A DNA stretch of 39,506 nt. It comes from Bdellovibrionota bacterium. Its GTDB lineage: Bacteria; Bdellovibrionota_C; UBA2361; CALJRW01. The DNA is taken from NCBI GenBank assembly GCA_041740355.1, contig JBGSMD010000047.1, forward strand, positions 1 through 39,506. The letters are read 5' to 3'. Below the pieces are notes generated by a model. It made no database searches, had not been told where the DNA came from, and worked only from the letters and a program-made list of their open reading frames with translations. Below, in pieces: positions 30,020 through 39,448 of the stretch (position 1 is its first letter; every line of letters begins with the position of its first letter). A program made the position numbers and the translations under genes.

Positions 30020-30454
30020 ATGGAATTATTTCTAATAACATCATTATCTATTTGTTTATTTCTCGGCACCTTTCTTACGCTAAGTACTATTGAAAATAAA
30101 CACTTGGGACTAAAATTTTACGTTGGCATAATTCTTTTAATTATTCCATTAACTTTTTATCTCACAACTGATAATGTTAATTACAATCCAATCATTACAT
30201 CGGATAATGAAATTATTGGAATTTATACGACCGGTCTAACTTCCTTGAATCTAAAAAAGAATGGAACGTATGAGTTTAAAGAAAACAATAAAATTACTGT
30301 TGGTAATTGGACAAGGTTTGATTGGAACTTAACTTTTAATCAAGGCCCAGCTGAAAAAAATCGAATTATCATTGAAAACGGGCGACATGTTATCATTCTA
30401 GATGATAAAGGTCCTGATTTGCAACACGGACTGAAGTTGTATAAAAACGAATAA
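30020..30454 (+). CDS. Hypothetical membrane protein
   Basis: Two N-terminal TMs then a beta domain (IIGIY...LNLKKNGTYEF...GNW). Confidence 0.6.
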   Translation: MELFLITSLSICLFLGTFLTLSTIENKHLGLKFYVGIILLIIPLTFYLTTDNVNYNPIITSDNEIIGIYTTGLTSLNLKKNGTYEFKENNKITVGNWTRFDWNLTFNQGPAEKNRIIIENGRHVIILDDKGPDLQHGLKLYKNE

Positions 30455-30502
30455 TCAATAATTAGAATGAAGCTTTGTTTGAAAGAAGAGTCCGACTTTG
30501 CT

Positions 30503-30550
30503 TCCTACGTTGCTAAGGCTTTTGTGGATAAAAAAGCTACGTCGTGTGAC
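30503..30550. repeat. REP-like repeat (family 2), degenerate copy 3' of tRNA-Gly
   Basis: TCCTACG..GCTAAGGCT..GGATAAAAAAGCTACGTCGTG resembles 22371-22416. Confidence 0.5.
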
Positions 30551-30611
30551 CACCACGTCCTGTTTATTCTTAAGTTTCCCAAAGGTAAACCTCAAAACAA
30601 ACAGAGACGGG

Positions 30612-30688
30612 TGGAGCGGGTGAAGGGATTCGAACCCTCGACCTCCTCCTTGGCAAGGAGGCGCTCTAGCCAGCTGAGCTACACCCGC
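30612..30688 (-). tRNA. tRNA-Gly(GCC)
   Basis: GCGGGTGTAGCTCAGCTGGCTAGAGCG CCTCC TTGCCAA GGAGG AGGTC GAGGGTTCGAATCCCTT CACCCGC T CCA; full cloverleaf with encoded CCA. Confidence 0.97.
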
Positions 30689-30708
30689 AGGTCGATTAGA
30701 TTATCTTA

Positions 30709-30735
30709 ATTATAGTAATGATAATTTATTGTCAA
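30709..30735 (-). promoter_or_regulatory. Candidate tRNA-Gly promoter
   Basis: Minus strand TTGACA-N15-TATAAT; both hexamers consensus but spacer short. Confidence 0.5.
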
Positions 30736-30850
30736 TAATTGGCGTTTAGGTTAAATTTTCAATTAGATAAGTGATTTTATCAAAGTTATTGGGAATAAAA
30801 AATCTTAAAATATAGCTCCCAAGAATAAAACCTTTATAAAAGTATTTAAA

Positions 30851-31132
30851 ATGACAGACGAAATACACAAACGTGGCAAATCTCTAGAAGAAGGTTATTT
30901 TGCTCAGAAAGATCAAGAAATTTTGAGTAAACTAAAGACCAAGGCAAGCGCCAGACACTGCCCGGCAGATCAGATGAAGTTAACTACCATCATGCAAGAT
31001 GGTGTTGAAATTGATGTTTGTGAACAATGTGGTGGTCTATGGTTGGATAATGGTGAGCTTGAAAAAATTATCGCCCACTCTAAAGAGCAAAATAAAAGTT
31101 GGTTGGATGATTTGATTTCGAAAATTGTGTAA
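30851..31132 (+). CDS. zf-TFIIB zinc-ribbon protein
   Basis: CPAD...VEIDVCEQCGGLWLDNGELEKI. Confidence 0.8.
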   Translation: MTDEIHKRGKSLEEGYFAQKDQEILSKLKTKASARHCPADQMKLTTIMQDGVEIDVCEQCGGLWLDNGELEKIIAHSKEQNKSWLDDLISKIV

Positions 31133-31144
31133 AAGTAGCAAGGA

Positions 31145-31675
31145 ATGTTAGTAAAATTACAATTAACTTTTGCTAACTTTTTCTTTCCAAGATCAAAAAA
31201 AGTCAAGAGAAAGATTCTTACAATTAGAAGATCAACTAAATCAGTTTGTGATCCAGAACTTTTTAAAATCTGGAGCAAACTGCACCTAGAATATTTTCCT
31301 CACAACCTAACATTAAGTAATTATCGAATTAACTGGAGTACTCGAGGTCAAAAAAGAACTTTGGCTTCCTGTAATATTCAATACCAACGTGTTGTAGTGG
31401 CCCGCGAGCTGAACTACGAACATTATCAACAATGGCTGGAGCCCTTAATCTACCATGAAATGTGTCATGCCGTAATTGGATTCAATGTTAAAAAAACTCG
31501 TAATCGTCGTTCTTGGCATGGGGCAGAATTCAAGCATTTAGAAAAGCAACATCCACAAATGGCTGAGTTTGATTTATGGGCTAAATCTGGAGGTTGGATG
31601 ACAGCAGTACGAAGTGACCGTGCTCGGAGGGCTGCAGCCAGAAGACTTAAGACAAAGGTAAGATCAATCTTGTGA
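31145..31675 (+). CDS. SprT-like zinc metalloprotease
   Basis: IYHEMCH...WHGAEF (HExxH plus distal His). Confidence 0.75.
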   Translation: MLVKLQLTFANFFFPRSKKVKRKILTIRRSTKSVCDPELFKIWSKLHLEYFPHNLTLSNYRINWSTRGQKRTLASCNIQYQRVVVARELNYEHYQQWLEPLIYHEMCHAVIGFNVKKTRNRRSWHGAEFKHLEKQHPQMAEFDLWAKSGGWMTAVRSDRARRAAARRLKTKVRSIL

Positions 31676-32580
31676 TAAGCCGTCGTGATTTCATTAAGGG
31701 CCTTTCAGCCAGCATTTTATTAAGCAGTACTTGGGCTTCTGCTGCCGAGTTGAGTAAACAAACCGTTTTACTTAATCAACAAACAATTCGCATTAATAAC
31801 TTACGACCAAGCTTTCATGATTATCGAATTTTGTTTATCAGTGACTTACACCACGGTCCATTTCTGCCAGAATCTTGGTTTGCCGAGACAATCAATTACA
31901 TTAAAACTTTAGATTATGATGTACTAGTATTAGGTGGTGATTATCTCTGTGTTCCCGACAGCTTTCTGAAACAAAATATTTATCCTTGGCATAATCCAAA
32001 CTACAAACAATCCTTTCCACTGAGTAAGATTAAAAGCATGATCTTTAAATCATTACGCGGAGAGTTAGAAGATCTTAAAATTAATGATGGAATTATTGCT
32101 ACTTATGGTAATCATGATCGCTGGTCAGCACAGGAATATTGCTATCCAGCTTTTAAAAAAATTGGGGCATCCTTTTTAGTAAATCAAACAAAAGTGATAA
32201 CTCGTGGAGATGACCAATTATTATTTCTGGGAGTTGATGATTTCTGGACTGGATTTCCCCGAGTAAATATAAAAGAATTTAATAATCCAAAATTTAATCA
32301 TCGAATTATTATTAGCCATAATCCAGATTTTATTAGTAATCATTTGAAAAATGAAAAGATTCCCTTTGATTTAGCACTTTGTGGTCATACTCACGGTGGA
32401 CAAATAAGAATTCCGGGACTAGGTGGGCTTTATTATAATATTAAAGATGTGCGCTTAGCGTCGGGGCTATTCACCGAAAATAATCGCCAAGTGCTTACAA
32501 GTAATGGGGTTGGAACAGTGGAACTACCCTATCGATTTAATTGCCCCCCGGAGGTTTGCTTACTTAAATTAAGTAACTAG
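31672..32580 (+). CDS. Calcineurin-like metallophosphoesterase with Tat-like leader
   Basis: SRRDFIK; SDLH, GGD, GNHD, SHNPD, GHTHGGQ. Confidence 0.9.
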   Translation: MISRRDFIKGLSASILLSSTWASAAELSKQTVLLNQQTIRINNLRPSFHDYRILFISDLHHGPFLPESWFAETINYIKTLDYDVLVLGGDYLCVPDSFLKQNIYPWHNPNYKQSFPLSKIKSMIFKSLRGELEDLKINDGIIATYGNHDRWSAQEYCYPAFKKIGASFLVNQTKVITRGDDQLLFLGVDDFWTGFPRVNIKEFNNPKFNHRIIISHNPDFISNHLKNEKIPFDLALCGHTHGGQIRIPGLGGLYYNIKDVRLASGLFTENNRQVLTSNGVGTVELPYRFNCPPEVCLLKLSN

Positions 32581-32660
32581 TATAATTTTGAAGATCTCGA
32601 CCAATATTTGCTTAGCTTCCTCATTTAGCTATAAAGATATTGCCTAAATTATAATAATCC

Positions 32661-34091
32661 ATGACTTTAGCAAATCATATTCAAAAGAGTAAATACGACA
32701 ACTTTCATCAAGGTGGAAATATAAGCAGTGGTAGAAGTCAAATACTAAACAGCTTAGAAAGGTTAGAACAAGGTCAGGAAAGTGCTATCTGGACTAGCTC
32801 ACAGTTAGCTAGTGTGCTTGAGAAATACCAAGGACATTATTTAGAAAATAGCGGATATATTATTACAGCTTTTAATCGCAGGAATCCATATGGAACTTAT
32901 GCTTTAGGATATCTTAATAACTCCCAAGAAATTCCCCAAGATACAACTTTTAGAATCTCTAAATGTCCATCTGCCTCACTAGGACTTAAAACAATTGCTC
33001 CGACTATTCTAAGTACAGATGAACTCTGCTCCGCACCGTTTAAGTACATTCCAACTTCTGCTCAGGTAGTAAGCGTTTTCACAAATGGTGCTTGGCACAA
33101 AAATGATGTCATCCCGGCCTCTCATTACACTGTAAATGGTATGACCTCTACTACACAGTATGGTCAGAGTGCCTTTGAAGGTCTTGTTGCTACTAAGACA
33201 ATTGATGGAGATGCGAGTATTTTTAGACCGATGATGAATGCCGATCGCTTTAATCGCTCTCTTACACGTCTTGGTATTCCTCCATTACCGGAAGGGCTTT
33301 TTCTTAGTGCCGTGGAGCAAGCTGTGCGCGCTAACTACGATTACCTTCCCCCTTATAATGCCCCAGCAAGATTATATCTTCGTCCCTATGTCATCGCCCT
33401 AAATGGTGGAACCAAAGTAGCCCCAGCAACAGAATATGTTTTTACGGTTCAAGCTTTTCCATTTTGTTCTTATAGCGATCCTAATAGTCCGGGACTTAAT
33501 TTAGTGACGATTGCCGGAACAGAAAGAGCACTACCAGGAATTGGAGATCTGAAATTAGCTGGTAATTATGCGACTACCCTAGCGCACAGTACTCAGGCTC
33601 ATCAAGGTTTAATTAAAGACTTTGATGGAAAAAAATTCGATGGGGTGTTTTATACCTACAAAGTACCAGGCAATCCCGAAACTTTTGTAGATGAATTTTC
33701 CGCTGCAAATTTATTTTTTGCAAAAAATACTAATCAAGGTTTGGAGGTCTATACCCCAACCTTAAAACACAATCGCATCCTTCCTGGAGTTACTAGAGAT
33801 AGTATCATTGCGTTGCTAAATATTAGCGGAATCAAAGTTATCGAGACTGATATTGATAGTAAGCTAATCAGAACTATGGATTCTGCTTTTTTAACTGGAT
33901 CCGCGGCTGGTATCACAGAAATTTCTTCTATGGCTTTTAGCCCAGAAGTGACAGCAATTTTTGGGGCAACTGCGGAATCTACTAGCTTAATTAAGTCCCT
34001 CAAAACTTCTTTATCCGAGTTAAGAGCCGGAAAAACTGATAGCTTTGAAAATTCCCCAGCTGCCGACTGGCCTCACATTGTAAAGCTTTAG
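32661..34091 (+). CDS. ilvE: Branched-chain amino acid aminotransferase with N-terminal extension
   Basis: YGQSAFEGL, FRP..N..R, LYLRP, KLAGNY (PLP Lys), E...ANLF, ILPGVTRDS, GSAAGI. Confidence 0.85.
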   Translation: MTLANHIQKSKYDNFHQGGNISSGRSQILNSLERLEQGQESAIWTSSQLASVLEKYQGHYLENSGYIITAFNRRNPYGTYALGYLNNSQEIPQDTTFRISKCPSASLGLKTIAPTILSTDELCSAPFKYIPTSAQVVSVFTNGAWHKNDVIPASHYTVNGMTSTTQYGQSAFEGLVATKTIDGDASIFRPMMNADRFNRSLTRLGIPPLPEGLFLSAVEQAVRANYDYLPPYNAPARLYLRPYVIALNGGTKVAPATEYVFTVQAFPFCSYSDPNSPGLNLVTIAGTERALPGIGDLKLAGNYATTLAHSTQAHQGLIKDFDGKKFDGVFYTYKVPGNPETFVDEFSAANLFFAKNTNQGLEVYTPTLKHNRILPGVTRDSIIALLNISGIKVIETDIDSKLIRTMDSAFLTGSAAGITEISSMAFSPEVTAIFGATAESTSLIKSLKTSLSELRAGKTDSFENSPAADWPHIVKL

Positions 34092-34690
34092 AAACGATCT
34101 GTTTTTACTACTTCCTCAATTGGCAACACTCCTCCTCGCTCTCTTGCAGGCTGAGTACCTTTCCCAATCACGACAAACATCGAAATTATGTGATCTTTTG
34201 GTAAATTAATAATCTTCCCTACTTGCTCAAAGTCAAAGCCATCCATCGGGCAAGACTCGTAGCCTAAACCTTGCGCTGATAACATTAAATTTTGAGCAAC
34301 TAGCCCACAAGATCTCATTGCTTCATCACGCTGGACCTCTTCCTTCCCAGAATAATATCCGCCGATCGCTGGTACCATAAAGTCTTTAACTGCTTGCGGT
34401 GCTTTCTCCCAATATCTTTCTGGTTGTTTTTCCCAAGCTTTTAGATCCGCACAAATGATAATCAAAAGTGAGGCGTCTGTAATTTGTGCCTGTCCCCAAC
34501 TCACTTCACGAATTTGCTGCCGAATCGTGGGATCTTTTACTAAAAGCAAACGCCAATTTTGGATATTAAAAGCTGTTGGAGATAACTGTGCTAAGGCTAA
34601 TAATTGGCTCTCTTCCTCCTTGGTTAAAAAATGATTGGCATCAAAATGTTTAACTGCACGGCGGGTCTTAATTGCATCAAATATATTCAT
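34088..34690 (-). CDS. Nitroreductase family protein
   Basis: RRAVKHF, SPTAFNIQNW, LML.AQGLGY.SCPMDGFD. Confidence 0.9.
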   Translation of the reverse strand: MNIFDAIKTRRAVKHFDANHFLTKEEESQLLALAQLSPTAFNIQNWRLLLVKDPTIRQQIREVSWGQAQITDASLLIIICADLKAWEKQPERYWEKAPQAVKDFMVPAIGGYYSGKEEVQRDEAMRSCGLVAQNLMLSAQGLGYESCPMDGFDFEQVGKIINLPKDHIISMFVVIGKGTQPARERGGVLPIEEVVKTDRF

Positions 34691-34724
34691 GATTTTATTC
34701 TCTTAAAAAAATATTGAAAAATGT

Positions 34725-35822
34725 TTACTCTGGAACCTCTGCTCCAATGTATAAAAATAAGGCAACAAAACTTAAGACAAGATTTCCCATCCAAGCTGAC
34801 AAAAATGGTGAAACTAATTCTGCTCGACCTAAAGCTAAACTAAAAGAATGTACAGCAAAATAAGCAAAACAAATTAAGACTCCAAAAATAAAACTGGCTG
34901 CCATACTCCCACTTCTTGCCGGTCTGATTGCTAATGGCAAAACCGCTAATGAACATATTAAAATTACAAATGGAAAAGAAAGTTTAGAATATAGATCTGG
35001 AAGCAAATCGTCAGTTTTTTGACCGTTTTCCTTTTGCTCTTTGATGTAGTTTTGAAGCTGATCAAAAGTCATTGCTAATGGCTCAGTGTCATCAAGAAAG
35101 AAATCTGCTGGCTGATTATCAATTAGGAGTGGTAAGCGGTCAAAGTAAATTGTGTTAGCAATCTTGTTTTGCTTAAAATCGAGCTTTTGCACATCTTGCA
35201 TATTCCAACCAAGAGCTGGATTAATCCAATCAACTCGGGGAGAATTCTCACGACGCTTCACTTGGTAATTCGGGTCAATATTAAACATACTAAAGGTATG
35301 CAGACTAGAATCCCTAGAATCAAAAGCCTCAATTGAATAAAAATTACTATCTTCCCGCCACCAAATATTATTCTGACTGTAGGTTCCTTGTAAATCTTTC
35401 TGCAAGATATCAATATTGTAAATCTCTTTTACGCGGCGCACACTTGCAGGTACAATTACTTCACTGCAAAACAAGTTAAAGATGCTAAAAAGAAAGGCTG
35501 TTAAAATTAATGGCCTAGCTAACCAAGAAATTCTTAGTCCGCTGGCACGCATTGCTGTCATTTCAGAATTCTTAGACAGTAAGCCATAAGTAAAGAGTGT
35601 GGCGATAACAAAAGCTATTGGCAAGGATAGTACAAAGAATTGAGGAATTTTAAAAATAAAATATTGCAGCACAACTATAAAATCTGGATCCTTTGGCAAA
35701 ATGTTGTCAATTCGATCAAAAAAATCAAACACTAGAAATAGGAGTACTAACGAAATATTCGATAACAGAACATTTCGAATCAAGCTTTTCCAAATATATT
35801 TATGTAATATCTTAAAACTCAT
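34725..35822 (-). CDS. lptG: LPS export ABC permease LptG
   Basis: YjgP/Q topology; SKNSEMTAMRASG; follows lptF. Confidence 0.85.
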   Translation of the reverse strand: MSFKILHKYIWKSLIRNVLLSNISLVLLFLVFDFFDRIDNILPKDPDFIVVLQYFIFKIPQFFVLSLPIAFVIATLFTYGLLSKNSEMTAMRASGLRISWLARPLILTAFLFSIFNLFCSEVIVPASVRRVKEIYNIDILQKDLQGTYSQNNIWWREDSNFYSIEAFDSRDSSLHTFSMFNIDPNYQVKRRENSPRVDWINPALGWNMQDVQKLDFKQNKIANTIYFDRLPLLIDNQPADFFLDDTEPLAMTFDQLQNYIKEQKENGQKTDDLLPDLYSKLSFPFVILICSLAVLPLAIRPARSGSMAASFIFGVLICFAYFAVHSFSLALGRAELVSPFLSAWMGNLVLSFVALFLYIGAEVPE

Positions 35823-37042
35823 TTTCGACGAAAAAAACTAGTAATCGGATTTAACATATCAGAAAATGATTGCCATTTTTCAGAATTCACTTTGTAGATT
35901 GAATAAATGCAAAATATAGCTAAAACAAAATTAGGAATCCATACTGCTAAATGTGGATTAACTATACCCGACTCTCCTAAGGCGATTCCAACTGTTAACA
36001 AGCCGAAATAAACGATAAAACTGAGTAGACCAAAAGACAAGGAAAAACTAGCACCCCAAGTTTTTTGAGAACGCGGAGGCATAATACCTAAGGGGATTGC
36101 TAAAATTGCCATGAAGAGACATGCCCATGGTGTAGAAAAACGTTGCGCTAATTCAATTTTTAAACGAATAAGCCGTTTTTGAAGATTCTTTAAATTTGAT
36201 TGATCAATCTCGGACTCTTGTGAATTCTGACTTTCCGCAATTTCCATTTGTAAAACTTCTTGCTCATCAAGAATTTCGTTCAGTTTGAATTCACGGCCTT
36301 TTTTATCTTGCCGCAGAGAGGAATCTCCATATACATCTGCGGTACTAAGAAGCATTCTGTTTTGATCAAATTCTGTAACCTGATAGTTATTATTTACCTG
36401 CTCATGAACTGTACCTATCTCCAAATCAATCATAATCATCTGTGCTTTGGGGTTAGAACCAATTTTCCCTAACTTTGAAAAAATTGTTTTGCGTTGTTCC
36501 AAATCACGCCTGTCATCAATCATCACGTTTTTTAGCTTTCCCGTTTCATAATCAATTTGCTCGGCATAAATTGTCAGGTTCCCCATTTTATTAAACAATC
36601 CTGGACTAATTCCAGCAATTGTTCGGGAACGGGCAATCTCAAAAAGCGTCTGGTTTAACGTTTGATAACCCCAAGGGCGTAGCTCGAAGGATAAATAAAA
36701 TGCGAAGGAAACTGTAATTAAACCATAGATAATAATTGGGCTTAACAACTGCAGAATCTTAATGCCACTGGCACGAATTACGATAATTTCGGAATCACCG
36801 GAAAGCCTAGAGAATGCTAACATTCCCCCAAGTAAGACCGAAAGTGGTAAAGCAATTTCTAAGAAGGTCGGAATAATTGCCAAAAATACTTTGAGCACTT
36901 GGGTCGAATCGACTCCCTTGTTAACAATCAGATCCGTAAATTTAAGAATCCTGGCAGAGAGAATTAATGCTGTAAAAGTTAGCAAACAGATCAAGAAGTA
37001 TGAAAAAACTTCTCTAAAAATGTAGCGGGAAAGGATTTGCAA
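35819..37042 (-). CDS. lptF: LPS export ABC permease LptF
   Basis: RLSGDSEIIVIRASG, PGLFN, AVWIPN; TTG start. Confidence 0.85.
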   Translation of the reverse strand: MQILSRYIFREVFSYFLICLLTFTALILSARILKFTDLIVNKGVDSTQVLKVFLAIIPTFLEIALPLSVLLGGMLAFSRLSGDSEIIVIRASGIKILQLLSPIIIYGLITVSFAFYLSFELRPWGYQTLNQTLFEIARSRTIAGISPGLFNKMGNLTIYAEQIDYETGKLKNVMIDDRRDLEQRKTIFSKLGKIGSNPKAQMIMIDLEIGTVHEQVNNNYQVTEFDQNRMLLSTADVYGDSSLRQDKKGREFKLNEILDEQEVLQMEIAESQNSQESEIDQSNLKNLQKRLIRLKIELAQRFSTPWACLFMAILAIPLGIMPPRSQKTWGASFSLSFGLLSFIVYFGLLTVGIALGESGIVNPHLAVWIPNFVLAIFCIYSIYKVNSEKWQSFSDMLNPITSFFRRK

Positions 37043-37230
37043 AATTTATCCTAAATGTAGCACCTAAAAATTCTAGATTACGCACAAATCACTTGATAGT
37101 TAGTCACAAGTCTGAGACCTGGGGAACAAGGAATCCGAAGAATACTACTGCACCTTTTCCAAACAAAGAAAAAGTACTTCTTACTATTCGAGCCTACTAA
37201 TGAGCAATCTCGAATAGCACTAATGCAAGC

Positions 37231-37497
37231 TTAGGCAACTGGGTGAAGAAGCTTCTTCTGTTCCTTTCGGATACGTTTACTAGCTTCTTTCTTCTTACGC
37301 TTTTTAGCTTCAGATGGCTTTTCAAAATACTTACGTTGTTTCACGATTTTGTAGAAACCTTCGCGGATTAACTTTCTTTTAAGCAATTTAATCGCTCTTT
37401 CCACGTTGTTACTATCAACATGCACTTCGAAATCTGACGCAAACTTTGTGTTTTTGATAGCGTCTTTATTGATCTTTAAGGAATTATTTTCAGTCAT
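37231..37497 (-). CDS. rpsU: 30S ribosomal protein S21
   Basis: VERAIKLLKRKLIREG...RKYFEKPSE.K.RKK. Confidence 0.9.
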   Translation of the reverse strand: MTENNSLKINKDAIKNTKFASDFEVHVDSNNVERAIKLLKRKLIREGFYKIVKQRKYFEKPSEAKKRKKKEASKRIRKEQKKLLHPVA

Positions 37498-37650
37498 TAA
37501 AATTTAAACAGATAGTAAAATCACTGGGTTAATAGCATTTTAAAGGTGGGATTGTCAAAAACTAGTCGCCTGACTATTGTAATTTACAATGAGTAAGAAG
37601 CACGGGCTCCATAATACTTGCATAACTAATTGAATTTATTGATTAAACAA

Positions 37651-39276
37651 ATGTTTTTACGAATCTTGATAATAATTTTAATCCTTCCAATCTTCTTGTT
37701 GGCAGAAGAAACCGAAAGCCAGGTCGCCAGTCCCCCGCCAATTGTGGAAAGCTTAAGCCAAATTGCTAAATCACTGGAAAATCTTTCCAACGAACGTCAA
37801 CTAGAAAAAAATCCGGAGCAATTAAAAATTATTAAATCGGAACAAGCAGATTTAGAATATGATTTCATTGAAGTTGCTACAGGACTAAATTTAGCTGAAA
37901 GCAATACTCTGGAAAACAAAGACAGTTTCTCTTGGAGCAATGAACTCTATGTTTTGCTAAGTCCATTAATTAATGAACTAAAAGCAATTTCCAGTCGACC
38001 AAGAGAAATTGAAGCGATCAAAGAAGAACTGGCTAAACACGAAAAAGACTTTACTAACTCCAATCAGTTAATTACCGGCTTTAAAAAAATTGAGAAACAA
38101 ACAAGTGATCCATTGCTTGAAAAATATCTGACTAGCTTTCAAGAGAAATGGATCGAACGTCGCAATAAAACTGAAACCGAAATTACAATTCTCAGTCAAC
38201 GACTCGCGGCAAGACTAGCTGAAAAAAAATCGATTACTGAATCATTAAGTGACATCTTTGATTTATTCTTTAAAAATCGCGGTAAAAATTTTATTATCGC
38301 CATTTTTATCTGTTTATCATTTCTCCTTATTTTAAAATTTATTAATCATTTTATCTATCAAAGACTACTTCATTCTCATCGCAAGAAGAAAGAAGCTTAC
38401 CTGAAACTACTTAAAGTCTGTTACGCTATTCTGACTATTCTAGGAACAACAATTGTTTTTATTGGAGCACTATTTTACTTGGAAGATTGGCTATTACTTG
38501 TTGTGACGGGCCTAATCTTATTAACAATTTTTTGGTCAACTAAACAAATCATTCCTCGTTTCTGGATGCAAGCAGTATTAATTATGAACTCTGGACCAGT
38601 TCGAGAAAATGAACGGGTCAGCTACCAAGGAATTCCCTACAAAATCCGAAAGATTAACTTCCACTCTTTTTTAGTTAATCCGGACTTAGAAGGTGGTATT
38701 ATCCGATTACCAATTAATGATTTAGAAGATCTTCGCTCACGTCCGATTACAGCTACTGAACCATGGTTTCCAACACAAAAAGGTGATTGGATCTTATTCG
38801 GAGATAATAAATTTCATTCTCAAGTCATCTTCCAGTCTCCCGATAATGTAATCTTGCAGTCCCTCGGCGGAAGCAAAATGCAAGTTAAATCTGCAGACTT
38901 TTGCATCAGCAGATTGATAAATCTTTCCAGTGGATTTCGAATTAACTTAAATTTTGGTTTGGATTATAAGCATCAAGCTGAAATCATCGAAACTATTCCA
39001 CAAATATTTAAAACTTCTTTGGAAGCAAAGTTGGCTTTCTTACATCTTGATTTTACAATCAATAAATTAAGCATCGAGCTAGCAAGGGCTGGTTCTTCTT
39101 CTTTGGATTTAGCAATTATTCTTGACTGTGATGGCAAGGTCGCAAAAGAATATCAGAAATTAGAAAGAATTCTGAGTCGACTCTGCGTTGAGGTTTGTAA
39201 TGAAAACGAATTTGTTATTGCTTTTGATCAAATGCGCATTCACTTAGCAGAGCCAGAAAGATCTCCCAATATATAG
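37651..39276 (+). CDS. MscS-like mechanosensitive channel family membrane protein
   Basis: Signal peptide, coiled coil, 3 TMs, GPVRENERV...G, C-terminal FGLDY and IAFDQMRIH (cf. IPFPQ); stop TAG lies within the MITE end. Confidence 0.65.
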   Translation: MFLRILIIILILPIFLLAEETESQVASPPPIVESLSQIAKSLENLSNERQLEKNPEQLKIIKSEQADLEYDFIEVATGLNLAESNTLENKDSFSWSNELYVLLSPLINELKAISSRPREIEAIKEELAKHEKDFTNSNQLITGFKKIEKQTSDPLLEKYLTSFQEKWIERRNKTETEITILSQRLAARLAEKKSITESLSDIFDLFFKNRGKNFIIAIFICLSFLLILKFINHFIYQRLLHSHRKKKEAYLKLLKVCYAILTILGTTIVFIGALFYLEDWLLLVVTGLILLTIFWSTKQIIPRFWMQAVLIMNSGPVRENERVSYQGIPYKIRKINFHSFLVNPDLEGGIIRLPINDLEDLRSRPITATEPWFPTQKGDWILFGDNKFHSQVIFQSPDNVILQSLGGSKMQVKSADFCISRLINLSSGFRINLNFGLDYKHQAEIIETIPQIFKTSLEAKLAFLHLDFTINKLSIELARAGSSSLDLAIILDCDGKVAKEYQKLERILSRLCVEVCNENEFVIAFDQMRIHLAEPERSPNI

Positions 39277-39401
39277 AAAGTCTAAAAAGTAATTTACGTA
39301 AGGAAACTTCTTTTTTGGGTTTACTATCCCCCGAAGGGATATATAGTGAGTCCAAAAAATTAATTACTTTAAAAACTAACGATTTTGCTTGGACTCACTA
39401 T
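39272..39401. mobile_element. Tandem MITE-like units joined by hairpin TATCCCCCGAAGGGATA
   Basis: TATAGAAAGTCTAAAAAGTAATTTACGT...TTTACTA (39272-39326), hairpin 39325-39341, TATAGTGAGTCCAA...TTGGACTCACTAT (39342-39401). Confidence 0.8.
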
Positions 39402-39448
39402 TTATGTTGTTTTTAGCTATGCAAACTTGGATAAATCCAAGATTTGCA

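Noticed and set aside
27026-30612. Genomic island integrated at the tRNA-Gly 3' end
   Set aside because: No integrase and no duplicated tRNA 3' segment seen in the window.
30467-30709. 80-aa ORF
   Set aside because: Antisense to tRNA-Gly and overlaps a REP-like repeat.
37432-37497. N-terminal extension of about 20 aa on S21
   Set aside because: Short, and S21 termini are variable; no evidence of significance.
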